A stretch of DNA of 62,214 nucleotides from Candidatus Krumholzibacteriia bacterium (GCA_035649435.1 DASRJO010000113.1:1-62214), one strand, 5' to 3'; counted from the stretch's first letter, positions 50,172 through 58,618 are shown. The notes: generated by a model from the letters alone, not told the origin. A program made the numbers and translations.

Positions 50172-51848
50172 ATGGAACCAAACCGAACAACACGAGGCAG
50201 CGCGCGCGATCCGGCCCGAGGCGAAACCTCACGCACGAAGTGGCCAAAGGGAGTGAGTCCTTTGATCCGGTCCATCCTCCGTTCCTGTCTGCTCGCGATC
50301 GTCCTCACCGGTCCGCCGACCGCGGCCAAGGCGCTCAGCACGGAGGCGTTGCTCGATACGCTGCAGCACACCGCGTTCGACTTCTTCTGGAACGAGGTGA
50401 ATGTCAGCAACGGGCTCATCAAGGATCGCAACACTTCGGGGTCGCCGTGCAGCATCGCCTCGCTGGGCTTCGGGCTCTCGGCCATCTGCATCGGCATCGA
50501 TCATGGGTGGGTGAGCCGCGACGCCGGCCGTGCACGCATCCTGACGGCGTTGCAGACCTTGTGGACGGCGCCGCAGAGCTCCGCGGCCAGCGGCACCATT
50601 GGCTACCAAGGTCTCTACTACCACTTCCTCGACATGACCACGGCGACGCGGACGTGGAACTCCGAGCTGTCCACCATCGACACAGCTCTGCTGTTCGCCG
50701 GCGTCATCGACGCCAAGCAATTCTTCGACACCGCCGCCGCCGGGGACGTGCAGGTGCGAGAGCTCGCCGACTCCATTTATCAGCGCGCCAACTGGGAGTT
50801 CATGCGCAACTTCGCGCCCTCGATCTACATGGGCTGGAAGCCGGGCACCGGATTCTCCGGCTTCGGTCAGTGGATCGGTTACAACGAGGCGATGATCCTG
50901 TTCATCCTGGCGCTGGGATCGCCGACGCATCCGGTACCCACGAGCACGTGGACCGCGTGGACCGCCGGCTACGATTGGGACACACAGTACGGGCAGACCT
51001 ACGTCACCTTCCCGCCGCTCTTCGGACACCAGTACAGCCACTGCTGGATCGATTTCTACAACATCCGGGATGCCTACATGCAGAATCGTGGCATCACCTA
51101 CTTCGAGAACTCGCGACGGGCCACCTTGGCGCAGCAGGCTTACTGCATCGCCAACCCGCTCGGTCGTGTCGGCTATGGCGCCAACGTCTGGGGGATCACG
51201 GCCAGCGACGCACCCACAGGCTATTCGGCGCATGGCGCACCGCCTCCCCAGAACGACGATGGAACCATCGCCCCTACGGCGGTCGCCGGCTCCATCCCGT
51301 TCGCCCCCGAGATCGTCGTGCCGACCTTGCATCATCTGTACGACACCTACGGCGCTCAGCTCTTCTCCACGTACGGGTTCCGCGATGCCTTCAATCTGGG
51401 GGCGAATTGGTGGGACACCGATACCATCGGCATCGATCAGGGGCCGATCATCATCATGATCGAGAACTACCGCACGAACCGGGTGTGGAATCGCTTCATG
51501 CAGAACCCCGACGTCCAACGCGGGCTGCAGCGCGCCGGCTTCGTCGTCGCCACCGACCTGGCCGCGGGCGGCGGCGCAGGGGAGCCACGCTTCACCTTGT
51601 CGCAGAATCGGCCCAACCCCGTGCGCGCAGACGCCTTGGTGCCTTTCCGTCTCGATGCGGTCGGGCGCGTGTCGATGGGACTCTACGACGTGGCAGGGCG
51701 TCGCGTGCGCCGGATCCTGGATGGTGTCTACGCGCCAGGTGCGCACACGGTCCCTCTCGACACCACGGGCCTTCCGAACGGGACGTATTACATCCGATTG
51801 GAGGTGAACGGCGAGCGGCAGGCGAAAGCGTGCTTGGTCATCCGCTGA
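50172..51848 (+). CDS. Second PF10091 / GH144-type glucoamylase-like protein, with T9SS C-terminal sorting domain
   Basis: ORF 50172..51848. An alternative TTG start at 50262 has AAAGGGAG 8 nt upstream and would give IRSILRSCLLAIVLTGPPTAAKA as the signal peptide. It shares the motif series of 24359..25966: FDFFWNE, GLYYHFLDMTTATR, LSTIDTALLFAGVIDAKQFF, GYNEAMI, FGHQYSHCWIDFYNIRD, YFENSRRA, NPLGRVGYGANVWGITASD, GFRDAFN, IGIDQGP. The tail is NRPNPVRADALVPFRL...VSMGLYDVAGRRV...GTYYIRLEVNGERQAKACLVIR. Confidence 0.7.
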   Translation: MEPNRTTRGSARDPARGETSRTKWPKGVSPLIRSILRSCLLAIVLTGPPTAAKALSTEALLDTLQHTAFDFFWNEVNVSNGLIKDRNTSGSPCSIASLGFGLSAICIGIDHGWVSRDAGRARILTALQTLWTAPQSSAASGTIGYQGLYYHFLDMTTATRTWNSELSTIDTALLFAGVIDAKQFFDTAAAGDVQVRELADSIYQRANWEFMRNFAPSIYMGWKPGTGFSGFGQWIGYNEAMILFILALGSPTHPVPTSTWTAWTAGYDWDTQYGQTYVTFPPLFGHQYSHCWIDFYNIRDAYMQNRGITYFENSRRATLAQQAYCIANPLGRVGYGANVWGITASDAPTGYSAHGAPPPQNDDGTIAPTAVAGSIPFAPEIVVPTLHHLYDTYGAQLFSTYGFRDAFNLGANWWDTDTIGIDQGPIIIMIENYRTNRVWNRFMQNPDVQRGLQRAGFVVATDLAAGGGAGEPRFTLSQNRPNPVRADALVPFRLDAVGRVSMGLYDVAGRRVRRILDGVYAPGAHTVPLDTTGLPNGTYYIRLEVNGERQAKACLVIR

Positions 51849-51947
51849 TCGCTGCCGCGGATTTCGCATCGCTTGCATCTTGTTCTTGTCATGCGTGGTC
51901 CAGCGTCATGAACGCTCGAGGTCATTTTTGTTTCGATTCGTGCGCAT

Positions 51948-52021
51948 GATCGAGTGGGTGATTGCACCCGATTTCATCAAAAGAAGAAACGAGGTTGAAA
52001 CACGATCGAGTGGCTGATAGC
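51948..52021. repeat. 18-bp direct repeat GATCGAGTGG(G/C)TGAT(T/A)GC, two copies, in the AT-richer gap upstream of 52118
   Basis: The copies at 51948..51965 and 52004..52021 match at 16 of 18 positions and start 56 bp apart. They sit inside the only large gap (269 bp) of the plus-strand gene array 40023..54469, so this is a candidate internal promoter/operator region. Confidence 0.5.
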
Positions 52022-52117
52022 TTCGGACTGAACGACTCGACTTTGTGCCCCCTGCGCCTTGTTCAAGGAGCCATTTTCGCGTCCACGTTGCAGAGCTTCG
52101 TACGAGGAGGAACATCC

Positions 52118-54469
52118 ATGAGACGCTTCGATTCTCGTGCTGGGGTGATGGCCGTTGTCGCGGCCGTCGGCCTGGTGTGCTTCGCGGCGGCCTTTGGAGG
52201 CACGGCTCGTGCGACACCGTTGCCCAACGGTGCCAGCATCGAGGCCCGTACCTTCAACGACTGCGGCCTGTCGACCCTTACGGTGACGAACAATTTCCCG
52301 GCGTCGGTCGAGATCACCGATGCGATGCATCCGGCGTGCCTTGGCTTCGCCAACCTGCACAGCTTCAGTTTCTCGGAGGACGGCGGCGCGACCGCTGCCG
52401 CCTTCGCCAACAACTCGAGCTTCCGGTTCGGCGCCGACTTCACCCTCAGCGGCCCGGGCGAAGGAGAAGGCGGGCTGCGCCTTTCCCCGTGGTGGTCGCA
52501 GTTGGTGGACGGGCGTTTCATGGCGAACGCGACGAGCGGCGAAATCGCCGTGTTCGGCGGCCGCCTGCCCTTCTACAGCTTCACCGTCAATCACGGCATC
52601 TCCTATGTCAAAGGCACGACGATCCGTTTCGAGCTGACCTATCTGGACAATGGGTTGAGCGCAGCGGATCCGGCCACGGTTCAGTACCGCGCGATCTACG
52701 GTGGCAACACCTACGATAGCCCGGTGCTCTCGTTCGACATGGGCAACCCGGGGGAGGATCCTCCGTACGGACTGTGGGGGATGCTGAACGACGGGCGGGC
52801 CGGCGGTTACTTCCAGGTGCGAGCCAACACCGGAGTTGCGCTCACCGCCAACTGGTCGAACGTCGAGTTCACCCCGCTCGGGACGCCGGATGTGAACGCC
52901 GCGACGATCGAGGCCCGCACGTTCAACGACTGTGCGCTCTCGACGCTCACGACGACGAACAACTATCCGACGCTCGTCGAGATCACCGATGAGATGAATC
53001 CGGCGTGTCTCGGTTTCGCCAACTTGCACAGCTTCAGCTTCTCCGAAGACGGCGGAGTGACACCTGCGGTGTTCAACAACGTTTCGATCTTCCGCTTCGG
53101 AGCCGATTTCACGCTCAGCGGCGCGGGCACAGGGGAAGGCGGTCTGCGGCTCTCCCCATGGTGGTCGCAGTTCGTGGACGGGCGCTTCATGGCGAACGCG
53201 ACGACCGGCGAGATCGCCTGCTTCGGTGGCCGCCTGCCCTTCTACAGCTTCACCGTGAATCACGGCATCACCTACGTGAAGGGCACGACGATCCACATGG
53301 AGCTGACCTACAACCCGAACGGGCTGAGTGCCGCGGACCCGGCGACGATCCAGTACCGCGTGGTCTCTGGCGGCAGCACCTACGACAGCCCGGTGCTGAC
53401 GTTCGACGAGGGCAACGCGGGCGAGGATCCACCCTTCGGTTTGTGGGGGATGCTGAACAACGGACGTGCTGGCGGCTACTTCCAGGTGCGCGCCAACACC
53501 GGCGCCGCGCTCACGGCCACGTGGGGGAACATCACGTTCGGGACTTGCCTCGTCACGATGGACTTCACATTCCAACCTGAGACTCTCAATCTGAAAGCGC
53601 AGGGAAACTTCGTGACCGGCTACCTCGAGCCGCCGGCGGGCTACGCGGCGGAAGACATCGACGTGTCCTCGATCCTGCTCAACGGCACGGTGGCGGTGGC
53701 GGACGGCGCGCCGACATCGATCGGCGACTTCGACGGGGACGGTGTCGCGGACCTGAAGGTCAAGTTCAGCCGTTCCGAAGTCTTGGCAGTCCTGTCCGCG
53801 GGCGATGACGTCCAGGTGTCGGTGAGTGGAACCGTGGCGGGCGACTGCTTCCAGGGTTCGGACATGATCCGGGTCAAGGACTCGGGTCTCCATTCGCCAC
53901 CGCACGGCGCGGTCCTCGTCGCCGGAACCCAGGCCGAGGTGATCTGGGAGGTGGACAGTCACTACCCGAGGGTGGACCTGATTTCGTCCTTCGATGGCGG
54001 CGCCACCTGGAACATCGAGGCGCGCCGGCTGCAGAACACCGGCACCTACCAATGGACCGTTCCTGCCGTGCTCACGGACCAGGCGTCGCTCGCAGTGGTC
54101 GTGATCCACGGCGAGAACGCGGACCTGGAGCTGGAAGCCGAGCTGGGCCAGAGCAGTGCCACGTTCTCCATCACGACGCCCACGGACGCGCTCAATCGCG
54201 GCAACGTCTTCGCGCTGCATGGCGTGTCGCCGAACCCCGCACGGCTCGGCATCACGGTGAACTTCAGCTTGGCCAGCTCGGAGCCGGCGAAGCTCGAGGT
54301 CTTCGACGTGCGCGGACGGCAGGTTGCTGACGCCGACGTCGGCACGATGGGTCCAGGCATGCACAGCCTGACGTTCGGCAAGGAGAAAAACCTCGCTGCC
54401 GGCGTCTACATGGTGCGGCTCACCAAGGGGGATCGCAGCCTCCGGGTGCGAGCAACCGTGATCCAGTAG
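52118..54469 (+). CDS. Secreted protein with a tandemly duplicated 223-aa domain of unknown function, a Ca-binding DxDxDG-like motif, an Ig-like region and a T9SS C-terminal sorting domain
   Basis: In-frame ATG at 52118 (GAGGAGG upstream) within ORF 51962..54469. The signal peptide is MRRFDSRAGVMAVVAAVGLVCFAAAFGGTARA. Two near-identical domains follow (see the repeat feature), then DFDGDGVADLKVKF, and then the tail VSPNPARLGITVNFSLASSEPAKLEVFDVRGRQV...GVYMVRLTKGDRSLRVRATVIQ. Confidence 0.7.
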   Translation: MRRFDSRAGVMAVVAAVGLVCFAAAFGGTARATPLPNGASIEARTFNDCGLSTLTVTNNFPASVEITDAMHPACLGFANLHSFSFSEDGGATAAAFANNSSFRFGADFTLSGPGEGEGGLRLSPWWSQLVDGRFMANATSGEIAVFGGRLPFYSFTVNHGISYVKGTTIRFELTYLDNGLSAADPATVQYRAIYGGNTYDSPVLSFDMGNPGEDPPYGLWGMLNDGRAGGYFQVRANTGVALTANWSNVEFTPLGTPDVNAATIEARTFNDCALSTLTTTNNYPTLVEITDEMNPACLGFANLHSFSFSEDGGVTPAVFNNVSIFRFGADFTLSGAGTGEGGLRLSPWWSQFVDGRFMANATTGEIACFGGRLPFYSFTVNHGITYVKGTTIHMELTYNPNGLSAADPATIQYRVVSGGSTYDSPVLTFDEGNAGEDPPFGLWGMLNNGRAGGYFQVRANTGAALTATWGNITFGTCLVTMDFTFQPETLNLKAQGNFVTGYLEPPAGYAAEDIDVSSILLNGTVAVADGAPTSIGDFDGDGVADLKVKFSRSEVLAVLSAGDDVQVSVSGTVAGDCFQGSDMIRVKDSGLHSPPHGAVLVAGTQAEVIWEVDSHYPRVDLISSFDGGATWNIEARRLQNTGTYQWTVPAVLTDQASLAVVVIHGENADLELEAELGQSSATFSITTPTDALNRGNVFALHGVSPNPARLGITVNFSLASSEPAKLEVFDVRGRQVADADVGTMGPGMHSLTFGKEKNLAAGVYMVRLTKGDRSLRVRATVIQ
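52232..53569 (+). repeat. 669-bp tandem duplication (2 copies) encoding the duplicated unknown domain
   Basis: ATCGAGGCCCG occurs at 52238 and 52907, a 669-nt (223-codon) period. The copies share long identical peptide runs: IEARTFNDC, PACLGFANLHSFSFSEDGG, FRFGADFTLSG, GEGGLRLSPWWSQ, VDGRFMANAT, FGGRLPFYSFTVNHGI, YVKGTTI, NGLSAADPAT, GRAGGYFQVRANTG. Confidence 0.85.
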
Positions 54470-54489
54470 ACGTTTCTTGCCTCTATACT

Positions 54490-54519
54490 CCGGGGTCCGG
54501 CCGAGCGGCCGGGCCCCGG
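54490..54519 (+). terminator. GC-rich stem-loop, candidate intrinsic terminator of the 52118..54469 gene
   Basis: CCGGGGTCCGGCC-GAGC-GGCCGGGCCCCGG forms a 13-bp stem (one G-U pair) with a 4-nt loop, starting 20 nt after the stop. No U-tract follows, so function is uncertain. Confidence 0.45.
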
Positions 54520-54588
54520 ATTCCGACGCATGCGCGCCCCGCCTGCCTCGAATCCATCCCATCGTCCGAACAGCGAAATGGATCGCGC

Positions 54589-55989
54589 ATGCAGGCACGC
54601 GACTACGACCTCGTCGTCATCGGCAGCGGCCCCGCCGGGGAGAAAGGCGCCGTGACCGCCGCCGTCTTCGGCAAACGCGTGGCGGTGGTGGAGAAGGCGG
54701 AACGGGTCGGTGGCGCCGTGGCCAACACGGGAACGCTTCCGAGCAAGACCTTGCGCGAGACCGCGCTCGCGCTCTCGGGGCTCAAGGCGCGGCACCTCTA
54801 TGGTGTCGACCTCTCGCTCCGGCGCGAGGCGACCGTGGCCGATTTCATGCATCACGAGAAGCAGGTCGGTGCAGCGGAGCGTCAGCGGGTGCTGGACTAC
54901 TTCGGCGACTTGCGAATCACGTTGCACCGAGGGCATGCGAGCTTCGTCGATGCGCACACGGTCCGCGTGCGCGGCGGCGATGGCGAGCAACTGTTGCGCG
55001 GCGAGAAGTTCCTCATCGCCACCGGGTCGGCCCCGCATCGGCCGGCCGCGTTCGATTTCAGCGACCCGCGCATCTGCGATTCCGACACCATCTTGCACAT
55101 CGCGAAGCTGCCAGAGCGGCTCGCGGTCGTGGGCGCCGGCGTCATCGGCAGTGAATACGCCTGCACCTTCGCGGCGCTCGGGGCCGATGTGACCATCGTC
55201 GACGGACGCGAGAGCCTTCTCGGCTTCCTCGATCGCGAGGTCTCCACGGCCTTGCAGGCCGCGATGCAGGACCTCTGGATCACGTTCGTCTGGCAGGACA
55301 CCGTGGAGCGCTGCACCGTCCCCGCCACCGGCGACATCGAGCTGCATCTCGCCTCGGGCGCGAACTTGCGTGCCGACACGGTTCTCGTCGCCGCCGGGCG
55401 CGTGAGCAACACCGCGGCCCTGGACCTGGGGGCCGCAGGGATCACGCCCGGTGAAGGGGGCGTGCTCGAGGTGGACCGCGTTTTCCGCACCGCGGTGCCG
55501 CACATCTATGCCGCGGGCGACGTCGTCGGCTTCCCCGCGCTCGCATCGACCAGCATGGAACAGGCGCGCGTGGCGATGACGCACGCATTCGATCTCGGTT
55601 ACAAGACGCAGGTGTCGCCGGTGCTGCCGAACGGGATCTATACGATTCCAGAAGTGAGTATGGCGGGAGAGACCGAGGAATCCCTGCGCGAGAAGGGCAT
55701 CGACTACGTCGTCGGCAAGGCTCCGTACCAGGAGAACGCGCGCGGCTGCATCATCGGCGACCGGCGCGGCTTCCTCAAACTGCTCTTCCGCCGCGACGAC
55801 ATGCGCTTGCTGGGCGTGCATGTCATCGGCGAACAGGCGACGGAGATCGTGCACATCGGCTTGCTGGTGCTCCTCGCCGAGGGCGGCTTCGATCTCATCA
55901 ACCGCACCTGCTTCAACTACCCGACGCTCGGCGCGCTGTACCAGCGTGCGTCGGCACTGGCGCTCGCGAGTCAGCGCGGGATCCTGTAG
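54589..55989 (+). CDS. sthA: Soluble pyridine nucleotide transhydrogenase (Si-specific NAD(P)+ transhydrogenase)
   Basis: ORF 54589..55989 (466 aa), collinear with E. coli SthA as I recall it: DLVVIGSGPAGEKGA, GGAVANTGTLPSKTLRE (no CxxxxC redox disulfide), FLIATGSAPHRP, VVGAGVIGSEYA, AAGDVVGFPALAS, GIYTIPEVSMAGETE and FNYPTLGALY. Confidence 0.85.
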   Translation: MQARDYDLVVIGSGPAGEKGAVTAAVFGKRVAVVEKAERVGGAVANTGTLPSKTLRETALALSGLKARHLYGVDLSLRREATVADFMHHEKQVGAAERQRVLDYFGDLRITLHRGHASFVDAHTVRVRGGDGEQLLRGEKFLIATGSAPHRPAAFDFSDPRICDSDTILHIAKLPERLAVVGAGVIGSEYACTFAALGADVTIVDGRESLLGFLDREVSTALQAAMQDLWITFVWQDTVERCTVPATGDIELHLASGANLRADTVLVAAGRVSNTAALDLGAAGITPGEGGVLEVDRVFRTAVPHIYAAGDVVGFPALASTSMEQARVAMTHAFDLGYKTQVSPVLPNGIYTIPEVSMAGETEESLREKGIDYVVGKAPYQENARGCIIGDRRGFLKLLFRRDDMRLLGVHVIGEQATEIVHIGLLVLLAEGGFDLINRTCFNYPTLGALYQRASALALASQRGIL

Positions 55990-56016
55990 TCGACGGGCCG
56001 AAAAGGAGATGGAGTC

Positions 56017-56355
56017 ATGAGCGAGCTCGAAGGCATGAAGTGCGTGGCGTGCCGGGGCGGCGAACCGCAGATCACACCGGAGGAAAAGGAACGGATTCGG
56101 CCGCAGGTGCCGGAGTGGCAGATCGTCGAGCGCGAGGGCATCGAGCGCTTGGAGCGCACGTTCAAGTTCCAGAACTTCGTCGAGGCGATGCGTTTCACCA
56201 ACGCGGTGGCCGCCATCGCCGAAACCGAGGGGCACCACCCGGCGATTCTCACCGAATGGGGCAAGGTGACGGTGTCCTGGTGGACGCACAAGATCCGCGG
56301 CCTGCATCGCAACGACTTCATCATGGCGGCGAAAACAGATGCGCTCGGCCGCTGA
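56017..56355 (+). CDS. phhB: Pterin-4-alpha-carbinolamine dehydratase
   Basis: ORF 56017..56355 (112 aa). It has the PCD signature around ETEGHHPAILTEWGKVTVSWWTH and the typical length. Confidence 0.85.
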   Translation: MSELEGMKCVACRGGEPQITPEEKERIRPQVPEWQIVEREGIERLERTFKFQNFVEAMRFTNAVAAIAETEGHHPAILTEWGKVTVSWWTHKIRGLHRNDFIMAAKTDALGR

Positions 56356-56364
56356 GGCCGATGG

Positions 56365-58611
56365 TCAGACGATCGAAGCGGGCTTCTCGCACAGAGCGCG
56401 CGCGGCTTCGACGACCTGCGCCTCCGAGGGCAGCACCGTGAACGCCGCCGGCCCGAGCGGGATGTAGGTGTCGGCGCCGACGACGCGCCGCATGGGCAAT
56501 CCGGGCCCGCATTGTTCCACCAGGACAGTGAAGATCTGTTCGCTCGTGCCGCCGCTCCGGCGGCCTTCGTCCACCACCAGGACGCGACTGCATTCACGCG
56601 CATGGTGCGCCACGGCTTCTTCGTTCAACGGTTGCAACCAGCGCAAATCGACAACGCGTGCGTGGATGCCGTGTGTTTCGCGCAAGGTGCGTGCCGCGCG
56701 CAGCGACATGAGCACGCCGTTGCCGAAGGTGATCACGGCGAGATCGTGGTGCTCGGGAAAGTAAACGCGCTCGGCGCCGAACGGCACCGCCTCGCCGGGC
56801 GCCGGGAAGGGGAAGAGCCACGCGCCATCTTTGCTCTCGTAGAGGTCCTTGGTCATGTAGAGCGCGATCGGCTCGAGGAAGAACACCACGCGGCCGTCGA
56901 CTTTGGCGAGCGCGGCGCAGGTGCGCAGCATGCCGACGGCATCGTCGCCGCGCGTGGGGCTCGCGACGACGAGGCCCGGAATGTCGCGCAGCGCCGTGAT
57001 GCTGTTGTCGTTGTGGAAGTGGCCGCCGAAGCCGCGCTGGTAGGCGAACGATGCGATCCGCACCAGCATCGGGTTGCGGTACGCGCCGTTGGAGAAGAAT
57101 TGCAGCGAGCAGGCCTCGCCCCGGATCTGATCGCAGGCGTTGTGGAAGTAGGCGAGGTACTGGATCTCGGCGATGGGCAGCATGCCGACGTTGGCGAAGC
57201 CTTGCGCGAGACCCAGGATCGACTCTTCGTCGAGGAGCGTGTTGAACACGCGGCCGGCCTTGAAAGTCTTTTCGAGACCGGCGGTGACGTGATAGACGCC
57301 GCCCTTGCGCGCCACGTCCTCGCCGAAGACGACTGCCTGCGGATACTTGAGCAGGAGATCGACGAGACCGGCGTTGATCAGCGCCGCCAGATGCCGCGGT
57401 GGCTGGCGTTCGGGAAGGGCCGCTTCCGAGCCGTGCAGTGCCAGGCGGCGCGTGGTGTAATCGGCGCGCTGCGCCTCGGCTTCGACCGCGTCGGGCGAGT
57501 ACGGTGCGAGCGGCGCCATCACCTGCGCCGCCGAGGTGAGACGCGGGCAGTCGAGGACTTCTTCGCCGATGGCTTCGGTGCGCGCGCGCAGCGCTTCGTA
57601 GCGTTCGAGAATGGCGCCCGCTTCCATGAGCCCCGATTCGAGAACGATGCGCGCCGAGGCCAGCAGCGGGTCGCGCTTCTCGTCGGCTTCGACCTCGGCG
57701 ACCGGCCGGTACTCGAGCTCGACATCGGTGCCGGCGTGACCGAGCAGCCGCACGACTTCGAGGTGCAGGAAGACGGGTGCGCGGCGCGAACGACAGTGCT
57801 CGGCGGCGGCGGCGGCCACGTCGTGCGCCTCGACGACATCCAGTCCATTGGCGCGGTAGTAGGCGAGGTTGGGCTTGTTGCTGAACTCGTGCTCGATGTA
57901 GCCGGGCGGCGACTTGACCGAGATGCCGATGCCGTTGTCTTCGCAGACGAAGAGGATCGGCACGGGGAGTTTTTGGAAATGCGTCCAGCTCGCCATGTTG
58001 AAGGCGCCGAGCGCGCTCTTGTGATTGGTGCTGGCGTCGCCGAAGCTGCAGAGCACGATGCTGTCCGGCGGCACGGGCGGCAAGACGCCGATCTTGCGTG
58101 CGCGCCCGAGCGCGAGTGCGGTGCCGACGGCCTTCGGTAGATGACTGGCGATCGTGCTCGTCTGCGGCAGCACCCAGAGCGGAACGCTGCCCCACACCTT
58201 GTGACGCCCGCCCATGGGATCGAGCGTGCTCGCAGCCTGCGAGAAGATGGTGTCGCGCACGGGATCGATGCCCGGAACCTGACGTGCGCGTTCCACCATG
58301 AGAGCGGCGCTGCGGTAGTGGAGGAAGGCAGGGTCTGTGTGCCGCAACACGCGCCCGAGAACGGCATTGCCCTCGTGTCCGGCGGACCCAATGGTGTAGA
58401 AGGCCGCGTCGCGCGCGCGCAGCTTGCGGGCGATCAGGTCCAAGTGCCGCGCTGCCATCTGCGACTCGAAGATTTGCAGCAGCTCGCGGCCGCGGAGCAA
58501 GCTCCCGGGACGCACGGGGTCGTCTGCGGCCACGCGCATGCCCGGGGACCCCTGCCACGCGCGCAGGAACTCCACGAAGTTGCGATCGACGATCTCGGCG
58601 CGGTTGAACAT
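56365..58611 (-). CDS. Fused alpha/beta E1 component of a 2-oxoacid dehydrogenase (TPP-dependent)
   Basis: ORF 56365..58665. I prefer the in-frame ATG at 58611 (MFNRAEIVDRNF...), which avoids a 47-nt overlap with the upstream gene. The alpha-like half contains HEGNAV...FGDASTNH...LPVPILFVCEDNGIGIS. The beta-like half contains VFGEDVARKGGVY, NTLLDEESILGLAQG and QYLAYFHNA. Confidence 0.75.
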   Translation of the reverse strand: MFNRAEIVDRNFVEFLRAWQGSPGMRVAADDPVRPGSLLRGRELLQIFESQMAARHLDLIARKLRARDAAFYTIGSAGHEGNAVLGRVLRHTDPAFLHYRSAALMVERARQVPGIDPVRDTIFSQAASTLDPMGGRHKVWGSVPLWVLPQTSTIASHLPKAVGTALALGRARKIGVLPPVPPDSIVLCSFGDASTNHKSALGAFNMASWTHFQKLPVPILFVCEDNGIGISVKSPPGYIEHEFSNKPNLAYYRANGLDVVEAHDVAAAAAEHCRSRRAPVFLHLEVVRLLGHAGTDVELEYRPVAEVEADEKRDPLLASARIVLESGLMEAGAILERYEALRARTEAIGEEVLDCPRLTSAAQVMAPLAPYSPDAVEAEAQRADYTTRRLALHGSEAALPERQPPRHLAALINAGLVDLLLKYPQAVVFGEDVARKGGVYHVTAGLEKTFKAGRVFNTLLDEESILGLAQGFANVGMLPIAEIQYLAYFHNACDQIRGEACSLQFFSNGAYRNPMLVRIASFAYQRGFGGHFHNDNSITALRDIPGLVVASPTRGDDAVGMLRTCAALAKVDGRVVFFLEPIALYMTKDLYESKDGAWLFPFPAPGEAVPFGAERVYFPEHHDLAVITFGNGVLMSLRAARTLRETHGIHARVVDLRWLQPLNEEAVAHHARECSRVLVVDEGRRSGGTSEQIFTVLVEQCGPGLPMRRVVGADTYIPLGPAAFTVLPSEAQVVEAARALCEKPASIV

Positions 58612-58618
58612 ACGGCCG

